A stretch of DNA of 64,000 nt from a virus. The stretch covers positions 1 to 64,000 of the IMG/VR virus record IMGVR_UViG_3300030419_003817, one strand, 5' to 3'. A program made the position numbers and the translations under genes. Below, in pieces: positions 19,877-29,867 of this stretch; within the stretch, counting starts at the first letter, position 1, and every line of letters starts with the position of its first letter. The notes below the pieces were generated by a model, which worked only from the letters and a program-made list of their open reading frames with translations, ran no database searches and had not been told where the DNA came from.

Positions 19877-20682
19877 ACTATGACTACCTTTCCTTTGCAT
19901 TCATTTAACCACCAACCAACTTCTACAAAAGTACTTAAGTAAGAACCAAGTATTGTTGGATTCATTCCGAGTAGATACATTTCAATAATCGCATCCTGTG
20001 ATGCTTCAAGTGTTGACATGTATGATGTGCCGGGACTGTAGTTTCCATCTCCTCGTTTTGGATAATCGAAAACTCTGTGTGGATATCTTTCTTTAAGAAC
20101 ATCAATACAATGTTGATGGTCGGCACATACGAAAAATTTCTTATCAGTCATCTCATCCATGTATTTGAAGTAGTTGTTGAAGTCAAACAAGCACTGTCTT
20201 CTTGGGTCATCTGCCCAAGACCTCATGTGAACAGAAACTGTATTCTCATCAAAATTTTCAGAAGAAAACTCCTCAAGTTGGTTGCGAATGTATTCTGCGG
20301 GTACAAGTTTCTTTGCTTGTTGTATGTAAGATTCCCTAACCTTCTCTGGAATTCTTTCATATTCGTGGTCGATATTCTGACCATTATTAACTTCAATCTT
20401 CTTTCTTAGTTTACCATTTTCAAATTTCTTATCTGGATGTTCTTGTGCAAAACCTTCTGGTATACCATCTGATTCTAGAACTAATAGTCGTTCACTAAAG
20501 CGAGTGTCTGCTCCCTCTGGTACACTGTCAACTTCCCAGTCACCATCGAATAGTTGACTGAAATCACATGTGGTAAATCGATTTCTCGGCCATAACAACT
20601 TAACATCATCATCAAGTCTCATGCAACTCAAAAGACATTTAATACGATTACCAAGTCCAGAATCAATTGTGGATACTATCAT
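19873..20682 (-). CDS. Fucosyltransferase-fold glycosyltransferase (GT11/GT23/O-FucT-like)
   Basis: GLGNRI, VSVHMRSW, FVCAD, EMYLL, GSYLSTF. Confidence 0.75.
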   Translation of the reverse strand: MIVSTIDSGLGNRIKCLLSCMRLDDDVKLLWPRNRFTTCDFSQLFDGDWEVDSVPEGADTRFSERLLVLESDGIPEGFAQEHPDKKFENGKLRKKIEVNNGQNIDHEYERIPEKVRESYIQQAKKLVPAEYIRNQLEEFSSENFDENTVSVHMRSWADDPRRQCLFDFNNYFKYMDEMTDKKFFVCADHQHCIDVLKERYPHRVFDYPKRGDGNYSPGTSYMSTLEASQDAIIEMYLLGMNPTILGSYLSTFVEVGWWLNECKGKVVIV

Positions 20683-21402
20683 TTAACAACTCCTAAAATG
20701 TTGCCAGTCTTTTAGTTTCATGTGTTCAACAAAACATTGTTCTGCAATGAAACTTCTCATACCTAAAGGCCAACAACGGTCATGTATTTCTATTTCCTGC
20801 CCATTCCAAGAACACCACTGTTCAGGACTAAATAAATTTTCATCAATCCAAAACTTCTTTACCATCGTTCTTGTAAACCCATAAAAGAAACCATTCAACG
20901 CATATCCCTGTCTACCATCCCAAGGGTCGTTTGTGGTTTCTATTAGTTTCGTTCCTGCCTCATCTCTTCTTTGATGGTGTGTTGAAACACCTTCATCGTT
21001 AGATACAGGTCCATATATTGAAACATTCTTGTATTTGTGATTCCATATTGCACTTACGAAATCATTTATTGATTCATTAATAATCAAATCTTCGTTGGTG
21101 TTGAATATCACATCACATTTATGTTTTACTGCTTCTCGTATTCCAAGATTCCATGCATGTGTTAGTCCACCAATTGACTGGTCTTTTACATAATGATAAT
21201 GAAAGTTGGAAGGTAATTTACTTTCATCTAGCATGTTTTCGGATTGATTGTCTATAATAAAAACCTCAAATGGATACTTACAAGAATTCTGCACAGACAC
21301 CAAGTACTCCTTAAGAAGTTCTCTTCCATTTGGTCGTATTTTCTCACTGTAATGATTAGTTACAGAAAAACCAACTTTAACTTGTGGCAGAGTTTGTTCC
21401 AT
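20683..21402 (-). CDS. GT2-like glycosyltransferase
   Basis: FIIDNQS, HAWNLG, TNEDL, GPVSN, FVEH. Confidence 0.75.
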   Translation of the reverse strand: MEQTLPQVKVGFSVTNHYSEKIRPNGRELLKEYLVSVQNSCKYPFEVFIIDNQSENMLDESKLPSNFHYHYVKDQSIGGLTHAWNLGIREAVKHKCDVIFNTNEDLIINESINDFVSAIWNHKYKNVSIYGPVSNDEGVSTHHQRRDEAGTKLIETTNDPWDGRQGYALNGFFYGFTRTMVKKFWIDENLFSPEQWCSWNGQEIEIHDRCWPLGMRSFIAEQCFVEHMKLKDWQHFRSC

Positions 21403-22339
21403 ACTGAACGGTTTCCTGTGTTTCATGGTCAATTAAAGTCAAGCAATTCCGATTACCAGTTCTGTAGGAAGAAATTGCTCCACCAAGTTTTGCAAATTGT
21501 GTGTTTGATTGTCCTACGATATAATCACAGGATGCCAGAAGTTCTATAATTTTAATTCCTGTCATAGTTTCTTCTTTTCGAAGTTCTGGATTTTCAGAAA
21601 CCAATTTCCAATTTGCATTGTCATACCTTTTCTCTAAGTCATCCTGAATAAACTCAAAGTCTTTATACTTTTCTTGAAGTTCAAAGAAAGGTTCAGATGA
21701 ATCACTTGTGACAAAGACCTTTTTGATTCCAGTTTCGTCACTTATTCTCTGTACCTCTCTCATGTAACTCTCAAGTAAAACATATTGGTTTTGACCTGTT
21801 TCTATTCCTTTATCTCCTCTTCGAACATGAAGGCCAATGACGGGGTTTTGCCAATTCAAATCTTTCTTTACCAAGTCATATTTTTCAACATACTCAGAAA
21901 GCGGTTTGAATTGAGATAGTATCAATCCAGAAAAGTACAGATATCCATTCTCTTCATTTTCGTACAATGGGTCACACCAACACTGACACTCATCTTTTTG
22001 TGGTGAGTTCCAGTACTCATTAAAATCAAAATAACAAACTTTTGCCGATTGATTTAGATTGTATGAGAATCTATGCACATCTTGATATGTGTTTAAAATT
22101 TCTTTCAGTGTGTATTTACATGTTGGTTCATAGCATTCGTCATACAATGAACCCGCATCTCTGAAAAGAATGGTTCTATCATACTTCTGTCCAATTTGAT
22201 ATGCTAACTTTCTTCTTGCAACCATAGCACCAAACCCGCCAGGTTCAATATCTGCAATCAAAAACTTTGCATCTTTGTGGTGTGTTTCAAATTGTCTTTG
22301 GTGTATTTGTTCTTCAATCGTCAGTTGGGACACAGGCAT
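21377..22339 (-). CDS. GT23 alpha-1,6-fucosyltransferase (FUT8/NodZ)-like
   Basis: GGFGA, IGLHVRRGDK, FVTSD, LLASCDYIVG. Confidence 0.85.
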   Translation of the reverse strand: MPVSQLTIEEQIHQRQFETHHKDAKFLIADIEPGGFGAMVARRKLAYQIGQKYDRTILFRDAGSLYDECYEPTCKYTLKEILNTYQDVHRFSYNLNQSAKVCYFDFNEYWNSPQKDECQCWCDPLYENEENGYLYFSGLILSQFKPLSEYVEKYDLVKKDLNWQNPVIGLHVRRGDKGIETGQNQYVLLESYMREVQRISDETGIKKVFVTSDSSEPFFELQEKYKDFEFIQDDLEKRYDNANWKLVSENPELRKEETMTGIKIIELLASCDYIVGQSNTQFAKLGGAISSYRTGNRNCLTLIDHETQETVQYGTNSATS

Positions 22340-23222
22340 TAATTAAATCTCTCCAATATTTGAACCATAATTTATCCATATTATACACTTGATTGTTGTA
22401 ATTGTCCAACATCTCTTTGTATTTATTATCAATATTTTCTTTCGTAACTTCAGTCCAATCATCTACAAACCATATAGGCATATCGTAAAACTCTTCCATA
22501 GACTTATGCTTCTTTACTATTGGGAAAGATTTTAAGATGAGAGTTTGCCAAATTCTATGGCAATCATAACCTGTTCCAAATGGACAAACATTAAACTTAT
22601 GCTTTCTTATTTCTCTGTAGTAATTTTTCAGGAAGTCTGTATGTCTTCGGTCTTCGTTTGTGTAATGTCGATATGTTGAAAATTCTTGTTCTTTGAAATA
22701 TTCTAAACACGACATACGCTCTTTCTTGTTGGTGTGTGGTTGAAAACTTATCAACACATCAGAAGAACCTTCGTCTATTATTTCGATATTTACTACCTCA
22801 AAGTGACTAGGAATTGCTTGTGGATTATCATCGAATCTCCAATTTTTGTTGTCGATTCCTAATGGTATTGTTTGAATTCTTTCATCACCAGTTGTGTTAT
22901 TCACCGCAAACCATTTTATTAGATTGTCTGGTAGTCGTTCTTCATACCTTTGATTGATTGTAATATCACTTCTTCCAGAAATTAAGATATATGGGTTTTT
23001 AATTCTTGGCGCAAACTGTTCAAAGAATATGTCCAACAATTCACCAACCACATAAATTTTGTCTCCACTTTCAACTTGTTCTGGAAACAACCCACCCATT
23101 GCCTTAACATATTCGGTATCGTTAGGAAGCATTAGGGCATGTTGACACATTGTCCTAAATGTATAGGATGTTATATATGGGTCGCTTGATACTTTATCAC
23201 GAAGTGCTTTCACATAATTCAT
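22314..23222 (-). CDS. Putative glycosyltransferase (exostosin/GT47-like C-terminus)
   Basis: IPLG, FNVCPFGTGYDCHRIWQTL...PIV, VDDW. Confidence 0.65.
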   Translation of the reverse strand: MNYVKALRDKVSSDPYITSYTFRTMCQHALMLPNDTEYVKAMGGLFPEQVESGDKIYVVGELLDIFFEQFAPRIKNPYILISGRSDITINQRYEERLPDNLIKWFAVNNTTGDERIQTIPLGIDNKNWRFDDNPQAIPSHFEVVNIEIIDEGSSDVLISFQPHTNKKERMSCLEYFKEQEFSTYRHYTNEDRRHTDFLKNYYREIRKHKFNVCPFGTGYDCHRIWQTLILKSFPIVKKHKSMEEFYDMPIWFVDDWTEVTKENIDNKYKEMLDNYNNQVYNMDKLWFKYWRDLINACVPTDD

Positions 23223-24228
23223 CTTGTTGTATTGCCTTTTTTATATTCTTTGCAAATCCAAGAGGAGACAAATATTCTTTCCACAATTCTCTGTTTGCCT
23301 TTTGAATTTCTAATAAACTCTCTGTCGAATGGTTGTTGAAAAACCTTCTCACATAATGGTTAATTGAATTCCAGTTTTTGTGGGGAACTCGTACACAATG
23401 CTTATCCCAATCAATTACCGACTCAAAAGGTAAAACCATATCAGTGTCTACATGAATTGGTATTCTTCCCATTGAAAGAACTTCATTAAATCTCATAGAG
23501 AAGTTTCCAGAACCCCGTGTGCAAAGTGTGAATAAATTTCTTTCTATGTTATTGTAATGGTCACGGACGGCAACATCTTTTGGAACTCCATTTGCCCAAA
23601 AATACTTTCTAATAATATAGTCTGTCTCGATATTTTCATCTTCTTCTAAAACATAGAGAGTTGCTTGACGAATATTGTGTTCTTTTGTACCAAAGAAACC
23701 ACAAAAACCAACAGTTGGTTTTGCAGTTTTGTCCAGATATACATCATTAAATCTGTCACATCTAAATGGTGGGAGTGCGTATTCGTGTGGTTTTCTTTCA
23801 TTGCCATACATTGAAGTTCTTAAGATTATACCATCCTCTGGTTGAAGTGGAAGGTCGCCGGGATAATCATCTTCGAATAGTTGTAACACCTTTTTACCAT
23901 GTTGTCTGGCAAGGTCAATATATGGATTTCCTGCATCTATATCTTTCCACATATTAAAGGGGTCTGCTACAGTTGGCCAATGTGGCCACTTAAAGGGAAG
24001 ATAAACAAAATCACAGTCTTCAACTGAAGTAAGTTCAATGTAATCTTTACCTTTCTCTATCAACTCTTCAAACCGATTAACTTCGTGTGGTTGAAGAACT
24101 TCTTTCTTCAAACGAGATATGCCATGCTTCTCTTCTAAGAATGGAAATAGAAGCATGGTTTCGCTTTTGTTTCCCAACCACTTTGGGTCAAACTCGTCAA
24201 GGTTGCAGTATAGTTTTAATTTGCTCAT
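23197..24228 (-). CDS. Exostosin/GT47-family glycosyltransferase
   Basis: VGFCG, FTLCTRGSGNFSMRFNEVLSMGRIPI, LPFESVIDW. Confidence 0.82.
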   Translation of the reverse strand: MSKLKLYCNLDEFDPKWLGNKSETMLLFPFLEEKHGISRLKKEVLQPHEVNRFEELIEKGKDYIELTSVEDCDFVYLPFKWPHWPTVADPFNMWKDIDAGNPYIDLARQHGKKVLQLFEDDYPGDLPLQPEDGIILRTSMYGNERKPHEYALPPFRCDRFNDVYLDKTAKPTVGFCGFFGTKEHNIRQATLYVLEEDENIETDYIIRKYFWANGVPKDVAVRDHYNNIERNLFTLCTRGSGNFSMRFNEVLSMGRIPIHVDTDMVLPFESVIDWDKHCVRVPHKNWNSINHYVRRFFNNHSTESLLEIQKANRELWKEYLSPLGFAKNIKKAIQQDELCESTS

Positions 24229-25298
24229 TCTACTGTCGCATAGTTTGTAACGGGCATTTCTTTGGGTAGTTTTGGTGTGTGCATCACCAAACAAGAAATT
24301 GCTTCATATGGGTCGACATTTGCCGCCGGTCTTCTGTCTTCTAAATAACCTTTACCATTATTTACTACTGTTACTGGCACCCTGATTGATACGCTTCTAT
24401 CCATTTCACCCCAAGTAAAATCATCATAATGTGAAGTTTCGTGTTTACCTGTTAGTCTTCTTTCGTTTCCTTCCCCATAAACTTCCATGAAACTTCCATG
24501 TTCAACTTCAAGAGCATCAATTATTTCCTTAATATATTCTCCACCACCCACATCTCGTAGATATTCTGTTGAAAAGTTTATATGGGCACCAGAACCATTC
24601 CAATCACCATCAATTGGTTTTGGGTCATAAGATATAGAACATCCCAATCTTTCTGACAACCTTTGAATGATGAATCTAGAAATCCAAAGTTGGTCGCAAC
24701 AATCTAATGCGTGTAGAGGACCCAATTGATATTCCCACTGTCCCAACATAACCTCTGCGTTTGTTCCGCCGAGTGACAACCCTGCACGGTGGCATAGGGA
24801 TGTATGTTGTTCGACTAAAAGTCTTCCTGCGTTTACACCTCCACCAATACCACAATAGTATTTTCCTTGTGGGTTTGCCTCTTCATCTTTCGGCCATCCG
24901 ACTGGTTTTTTTGTGTCATTATCGATTATTGTGTATTCTTGTTCGATACCAAAAACCATATCGTTTCCACACTCAATTAAAGTTTCCCTGAGTTTTGCTC
25001 TAGTGTTTGTTTCGTGAATAGAACCATCAGAATTTAAAACCTCACAATATACCAAAAGAGAATTTCCTTGGTCGAATGGGTTTGTGTAAACAAAAACTGG
25101 ATTCAAAATACAATCGCTATTGTCGATTTCTGCTTGACTGGTACTAGAACCATCAAATGACCAAGGAGAACAAAGAGATAACAACTCCTCTTGAGAATAT
25201 GCTTGATTCTCACTCTCTTGTGGCCACTCTTCAAATTTGCACTTGCTTCTTAGATTTTTTGTGCTGTATCCATCTAACCAAATATATTCTAGTTTCAT
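24225..25298 (-). CDS. glnII: Glutamine synthetase type II
   Basis: LEYIWLDG, WSFDGSST, GIEQEY, NAEVMLGQWEYQLGP, PKP..GDWNGSGAH.NFST, RLTGKHET, YLEDRRPAAN.DPY. Confidence 0.96.
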   Translation of the reverse strand: MKLEYIWLDGYSTKNLRSKCKFEEWPQESENQAYSQEELLSLCSPWSFDGSSTSQAEIDNSDCILNPVFVYTNPFDQGNSLLVYCEVLNSDGSIHETNTRAKLRETLIECGNDMVFGIEQEYTIIDNDTKKPVGWPKDEEANPQGKYYCGIGGGVNAGRLLVEQHTSLCHRAGLSLGGTNAEVMLGQWEYQLGPLHALDCCDQLWISRFIIQRLSERLGCSISYDPKPIDGDWNGSGAHINFSTEYLRDVGGGEYIKEIIDALEVEHGSFMEVYGEGNERRLTGKHETSHYDDFTWGEMDRSVSIRVPVTVVNNGKGYLEDRRPAANVDPYEAISCLVMHTPKLPKEMPVTNYATVE

Positions 25299-26077
25299 TA
25301 ACATGTGACTTTTCTCCTCATGATTTTATTAAAGTCTTCGTTTTGTAAATTCCACATTCCATAATTTTTAAATCGTTGAATTTTAGAATCAACGCCACTT
25401 ATGTAATTGTTGTGTACAAGATATTTTTGCGACTCTCCAATTTTATTGTCGAAATACGCCTGTCCGTTCGGAAAATATTGCATGGGCAACACACCCACAT
25501 TTAAATCCTGTAAACCTTCGATTGAACCCCGTCTTCCATATATTTCATTAAACGATGCTTGGTCGCCGGTTGATTGTCCCTTCTCTATATTCTTTGCGTG
25601 TAGTTTCATACACTCATCATAAAACTTTAGAGTCTTTTCATTTGACCGAATGTAAACAACACCTGTACATAGACTTTTCCACCGACCCCCTAGGTCAGAA
25701 TCGTCTTGAATCATTATGTCAAACTTCTCTGAGTCTGGAACATTTGAAATAAACTCTAGTGGGTCTTTAAATATCACATTGTCTGTGTCTAAGTAAAACA
25801 CATTACTTGTTTGTAATGCATCTATGATTGATTTTATTTTATAATGAACAACTCTGTGAAACCCATTAGTATTCCAGTCTTGATAGTCCTCGTGTGTTTC
25901 TGCACCTATACAATTAACATCCAACCCATAGGATTCTAGTTTATCTTTTGATGCAGAGTCGGCAGCGTAGAGCAAAATTTGCTCATCTTCTATGCCCAGT
26001 TTTTTTAAACTGTACACACAATTTAAACACATATCTGAAGCACCATCGTTGGTGTATAACAAAAAACAATCTTTCAT
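25298..26077 (-). CDS. Nucleotide-diphospho-sugar transferase (GT77-like)
   Basis: FYLDTDNVIFKDP, CTGVVYIRS, DQASFN, FPNG, VHNNY...K. Confidence 0.82.
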   Translation of the reverse strand: MKDCFLLYTNDGASDMCLNCVYSLKKLGIEDEQILLYAADSASKDKLESYGLDVNCIGAETHEDYQDWNTNGFHRVVHYKIKSIIDALQTSNVFYLDTDNVIFKDPLEFISNVPDSEKFDIMIQDDSDLGGRWKSLCTGVVYIRSNEKTLKFYDECMKLHAKNIEKGQSTGDQASFNEIYGRRGSIEGLQDLNVGVLPMQYFPNGQAYFDNKIGESQKYLVHNNYISGVDSKIQRFKNYGMWNLQNEDFNKIMRRKVTC

Positions 26078-26086
26078 AATAAAACC

Positions 26087-26812
26087 TTAAACTTCTACGG
26101 GGTCAATACCAAAATTTTCAGACATCCTTCGTTCAAAGATTGCCCTGTCATAAGCATACATCTCTGGACTTTCTTGTTCGGCGTGCATTTCATCTGCATC
26201 TGGATGATTTCCTGGCAACCACTCATGACGGATGATGCACAAATCTAGATTAGTGAGTTTACCCAACAATCTACACACCGTAGTTTGTTCATCGTCTGCG
26301 TATACGGATTTGTATTCTGGGTTATAAATGTGTCCCATTGATTCATATATCGGGCGACTTAGAATAGCGAGAGTCATAATCCTCGGCCAGTCAGGTCGAA
26401 GACCATCATTGAAGTTTAATGCACCATCACAGTCTGGATAGTGATGTTCCATATTCTGGACAATGATGTCATCATAATTTTCAATTTGAGGAATCATGTC
26501 ATCGGAGAAAAGAAGAAGTATGTCAAACTCTTCTCCTTCCATGTCGTTGTTCACCGCTTCAATTTTAGATTTGGAGTTTCCGAATTTGTACTCCATTTCA
26601 TAATAACCTGCCTTTTTACCCTCTTCGTTTTTCTCATCCATCCACTTTCGCATTTCTTCGTTGTTCATGGTTTCATCATCTAAATCAACCGTTACCAATA
26701 TACGAACATAATGCTTCCCTGATAGGAAGTTGATATACTTGGATATGACCTCTTTGAATTTTTCTGGGCGACTTCGGGTGGGTGCTTTAATTAGCAGTTT
26801 TGGTTTTTTCAT
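26087..26812 (-). CDS. GT2-like glycosyltransferase
   Basis: PTRSRP, VDLDD, KIEAVN, FSDDMIP, YADDE, IRHEW. Confidence 0.75.
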   Translation of the reverse strand: MKKPKLLIKAPTRSRPEKFKEVISKYINFLSGKHYVRILVTVDLDDETMNNEEMRKWMDEKNEEGKKAGYYEMEYKFGNSKSKIEAVNNDMEGEEFDILLLFSDDMIPQIENYDDIIVQNMEHHYPDCDGALNFNDGLRPDWPRIMTLAILSRPIYESMGHIYNPEYKSVYADDEQTTVCRLLGKLTNLDLCIIRHEWLPGNHPDADEMHAEQESPEMYAYDRAIFERRMSENFGIDPVEV

Positions 26813-26828
26813 AATATAAATCTCACTT

Positions 26829-27239
26829 TTATTTTGATTTCCCTATATGGTATTTAGGACACAATTCCCAGTCATCTTTGTCTTTGTACGATAATATCTT
26901 AATTTGACTTAATGGTGTTATTGGTTCTTGACAACTATCGTAGTCTACAATTTCCAATAGTCCCCACTCTTCCAGAAGACCGGCAATTGCATTTCTTCTG
27001 CCTATGTCACTTTCTGATATATCTGTCTTTAGTCCATCTAAGGCAAACAATTCCTTAAAATGAACAATGTAGTACTTTCCTCTTTTGTGTAGAATGTGGC
27101 AAGACTGAAATAGTTTCTTTTCTTTTCTTGAAGATACACCAATTCTTGTGAGTGTCTCTCTAACCTTCAAGAAATCATCGTCTTTCTCCAAAGTCACTTC
27201 AACCAAATCTTCAACATTTATTTGTTTATATTCTTTCAT
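26829..27239 (-). CDS. regA: RegA translational repressor
   Basis: DDFLKVRETLTRIGV, LFQSCHILHKRGKYYIVHFKELFALDG. Confidence 0.97.
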   Translation of the reverse strand: MKEYKQINVEDLVEVTLEKDDDFLKVRETLTRIGVSSRKEKKLFQSCHILHKRGKYYIVHFKELFALDGLKTDISESDIGRRNAIAGLLEEWGLLEIVDYDSCQEPITPLSQIKILSYKDKDDWELCPKYHIGKSK

Positions 27240-27262
27240 TATAATTACACCTTATTTGTAAC

Positions 27263-27270
27263 TATTTAGT
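27263..27270 (-). promoter_or_regulatory. T4-type late promoter-like box upstream of regA and the glycan island
   Basis: ACTAAATA on the minus strand in the 43-bp gap. Confidence 0.5.
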
Positions 27271-27282
27271 AAAAATGAAGAT

Positions 27283-28212
27283 TTAGTTTTTCATATACCA
27301 ATCAGCAGTCCTCTTTAGACCTTCCCAAATATCTACCTTTGGTGTGTAATCTAAATGACTTTTTGCTTTTTCAACCGAACCATGTGTTATATCAACATCA
27401 CCAATTCTTCTTGGAAGTTTCTTAGACTTAACATCATACTCTCTTAAAAACCAAAGCATAATTTCATTGACAGATGTGGTCTCTCCGCACGATATATTAT
27501 ATGCCTCTCCTAGAAATTCTCCTTCATATAGGGATGCTTTTAAAAGGGCATCGGTCACATTGTCAATGTAACAAAAGTCTCTAGATTGTGAACCATCACC
27601 ATAAAGAATCAATTCATTTCCCTGCTTGACGGCATCTAACCAAGAACATATGACTGTTGCGTATGGGTTGTCTCCAGTTTGGAGAGGACCAAACACCGTG
27701 AATAAACGAAGACATACCGTATCCAAGTCATACAACTTTGCATATAATCTACAAAATTCTTCTGCTGTTTTCTTTTGGAGTGCATATGGAGATATGGGAT
27801 TCAAATCAAAATCTTCCTCCACAGGCAGAACTTCTGAATTACCATATACAGAAGAGGATGATGCAAAAACAAATCTCTTAACCTTCCCCCTTACACAGGC
27901 ATCTAACAACTCAACCACCTTTACGATATTTTCGTTTGTAGTTTCTACTGGATGTTCGATTGAGTATGGAACTCTTGGAACTGCCGCTAAGTGAACGACC
28001 ACATCATAAACACCTTGTGCTACATCTTCGAGAATTTCTGAGGTGTCTGCACACATAGACTGCATATTGGCATAATTTAGTAAAAGGTTTCTTAGGTCAC
28101 AAACAGAATTGACATCTCTATCGACTACATTGAAGTTGATATTCTCCCCTGCACAACGCAAAGCAAAATTCTTTCCAATGAATCCCGCACCACCTGTAAT
28201 CAATATTTTCAT
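27283..28212 (-). CDS. NAD-dependent epimerase (WbpP/GalE-like)
   Basis: ITGGAGFIG, HLAA, ASSSSVYG, SPYALQK, GDGSQSRDF. Confidence 0.93.
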   Translation of the reverse strand: MKILITGGAGFIGKNFALRCAGENINFNVVDRDVNSVCDLRNLLLNYANMQSMCADTSEILEDVAQGVYDVVVHLAAVPRVPYSIEHPVETTNENIVKVVELLDACVRGKVKRFVFASSSSVYGNSEVLPVEEDFDLNPISPYALQKKTAEEFCRLYAKLYDLDTVCLRLFTVFGPLQTGDNPYATVICSWLDAVKQGNELILYGDGSQSRDFCYIDNVTDALLKASLYEGEFLGEAYNISCGETTSVNEIMLWFLREYDVKSKKLPRRIGDVDITHGSVEKAKSHLDYTPKVDIWEGLKRTADWYMKN

Positions 28213-28586
28213 AACATATCCTTGTATAGAGATTTTATTTCTTCAATCTCTGCTTTACTTAGAAGTGGGAGAACTTCCTTTGCTCTCTTGTATGAATAGT
28301 TATAGTGTTTTTTAACAACCTCTATCTCATCTATCTTTTCGGTCTTCAACCACTTACTGAATCGTTTTCTTTTGCGAAGACTATTAACCAAATAATCAAA
28401 ATGAAATTTTTTGTCTATGTTCGACATCGCATTCATTTCGTTCACATGAAAAATCGTATCTGTAAAATAAGACAAACACCTGTTAATTACATAAGGTGTG
28501 TATCCCTTTTCTACGAACTCATCATCCGTATCTAGTAGGGGTTCTTTTGTGTGGTTTATCGCATTTAAATAATTAGTTAGTTTCAT
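28209..28586 (-). CDS. g62: Clamp loader small subunit gp62
   Basis: YLNAIN, Y.PYVINRCLSYF.DTI, RKRKRFSKW, YNYS. Confidence 0.9.
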   Translation of the reverse strand: MKLTNYLNAINHTKEPLLDTDDEFVEKGYTPYVINRCLSYFTDTIFHVNEMNAMSNIDKKFHFDYLVNSLRKRKRFSKWLKTEKIDEIEVVKKHYNYSYKRAKEVLPLLSKAEIEEIKSLYKDML

Positions 28587-28899
28587 AATAACCAGTCGGT
28601 AAGGCCGCTTCATCATTCACGATAGCAACAATATGGTCTGATGAAATATAAGACATACCATTCATCATAGCACATTTATTTTTGTCGTAAAGAACTGTGT
28701 CTCCCTTTTTTACTGGTGGTGTCTGAAACTTACCATTGTTCATCTCTATGCCATTTCCTGCACTAACCACCTTACCTACAGCAAATGGTTCACGGTTTAC
28801 CTGATTTTCAATAATAATTCCAGATTTAGTTTTGGTTTGCTTTTCTCTTTCTATGAGAATTACAATCTTATTAACTGCTTGTAGTGGGTCTTTTTCCAT
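28573..28899 (-). CDS. groES: Co-chaperonin GroES (Cpn10)
   Basis: KTKSGIII mobile loop, GKVVSAGNG, VKKGDTVLY. Confidence 0.88.
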   Translation of the reverse strand: MEKDPLQAVNKIVILIEREKQTKTKSGIIIENQVNREPFAVGKVVSAGNGIEMNNGKFQTPPVKKGDTVLYDKNKCAMMNGMSYISSDHIVAIVNDEAALPTGYYETN

Positions 28900-28908
28900 T
28901 TTAATCTC

Positions 28909-29853
28909 CTACTTGATTTCACAATGCATCATTAATTCTGTTAAACATGCAGTCATGTTAATTTCATGGTCTGCAACAAACGCCGCCTTGTATTGATATT
29001 CTGCTAATACCAACACTGCTTGTGGGATTGATTGTTTTGTTAGATGAGAATAAACACCATCATACAACTTTCTAAAAAGTTGAGTTTGGTCATTGTCAAT
29101 ATTATCAACCACCCATTTTCTAACCTTGGTGAATTCCTTTTCTTTCATTGCAGATATTAGACTCTTTAGATTAATATCTCCAATCTGCGAAAGTATTCCA
29201 ACATCGATAGTTCCTGCAACAGAGTACCTTTGTAACTCATTGATGATTCTACGAAAATCTGGAAAGTGCTTCATGACTAGTTCAGCAAGCACCTTCTCTT
29301 CATACTTCACATTTTCATTATCAAGAATCATTTTAATTCTATCGAGAATGCCAGATGCTAGTTTTGGTTTTTCGCTGTTTGGGATTTTAAAATCTATGCA
29401 AGTACATCGAGAGTGGATTGGCGATATAATCCGATTCTTGTAATTACAAGTTAGTATAAATCTACAGTTGTTTGAAAACTCCTCGATGAATCCACGCAAT
29501 GCGGGTTGCGTAGATTGTGCGTTTGAATAATCAAACTCATCGAGGATAACTACCTTTTTGTTCCCTGCCAAAGAAACGGTGCTTGCAAAATTACGAATCT
29601 TCGTTCGGAGTGTGTCAATATTTCCATCTTCCGAACAGTTAATCATAATCCAATCTGTCTCTAATTCATTGCACAATGCCTTTGCAAGGGTGGTTTTACC
29701 ACACCCCGCACCACCAGACAAAAGAAGATTCTGAGACTCACCTGAATCAATTATGTCATGGAATGTTTGTTTAATGTGGGTTGGTAAAATACAATCATCA
29801 ATTTTTTGTGGACGGTATTTTTCCACCCACAGGTATTCTTTCACTTGAACCAT
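28909..29853 (-). CDS. g44: Clamp loader large subunit gp44
   Basis: LWVEKYRP, GAGCGKTT Walker A, ILDEFD, SRC, FPDFRR. Confidence 0.97.
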   Translation of the reverse strand: MVQVKEYLWVEKYRPQKIDDCILPTHIKQTFHDIIDSGESQNLLLSGGAGCGKTTLAKALCNELETDWIMINCSEDGNIDTLRTKIRNFASTVSLAGNKKVVILDEFDYSNAQSTQPALRGFIEEFSNNCRFILTCNYKNRIISPIHSRCTCIDFKIPNSEKPKLASGILDRIKMILDNENVKYEEKVLAELVMKHFPDFRRIINELQRYSVAGTIDVGILSQIGDINLKSLISAMKEKEFTKVRKWVVDNIDNDQTQLFRKLYDGVYSHLTKQSIPQAVLVLAEYQYKAAFVADHEINMTACLTELMMHCEIK

Positions 29854-29867
29854 TATATAATATATCC

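Noticed and set aside
5964-26812. Island as a captured bacterial O-antigen/capsule locus or host contamination
   Set aside because: No wzx/wzy/wzm/wzt or priming transferase; it is collinear with phage genes on both sides, and related sugar genes are interleaved with g45/g44/g62
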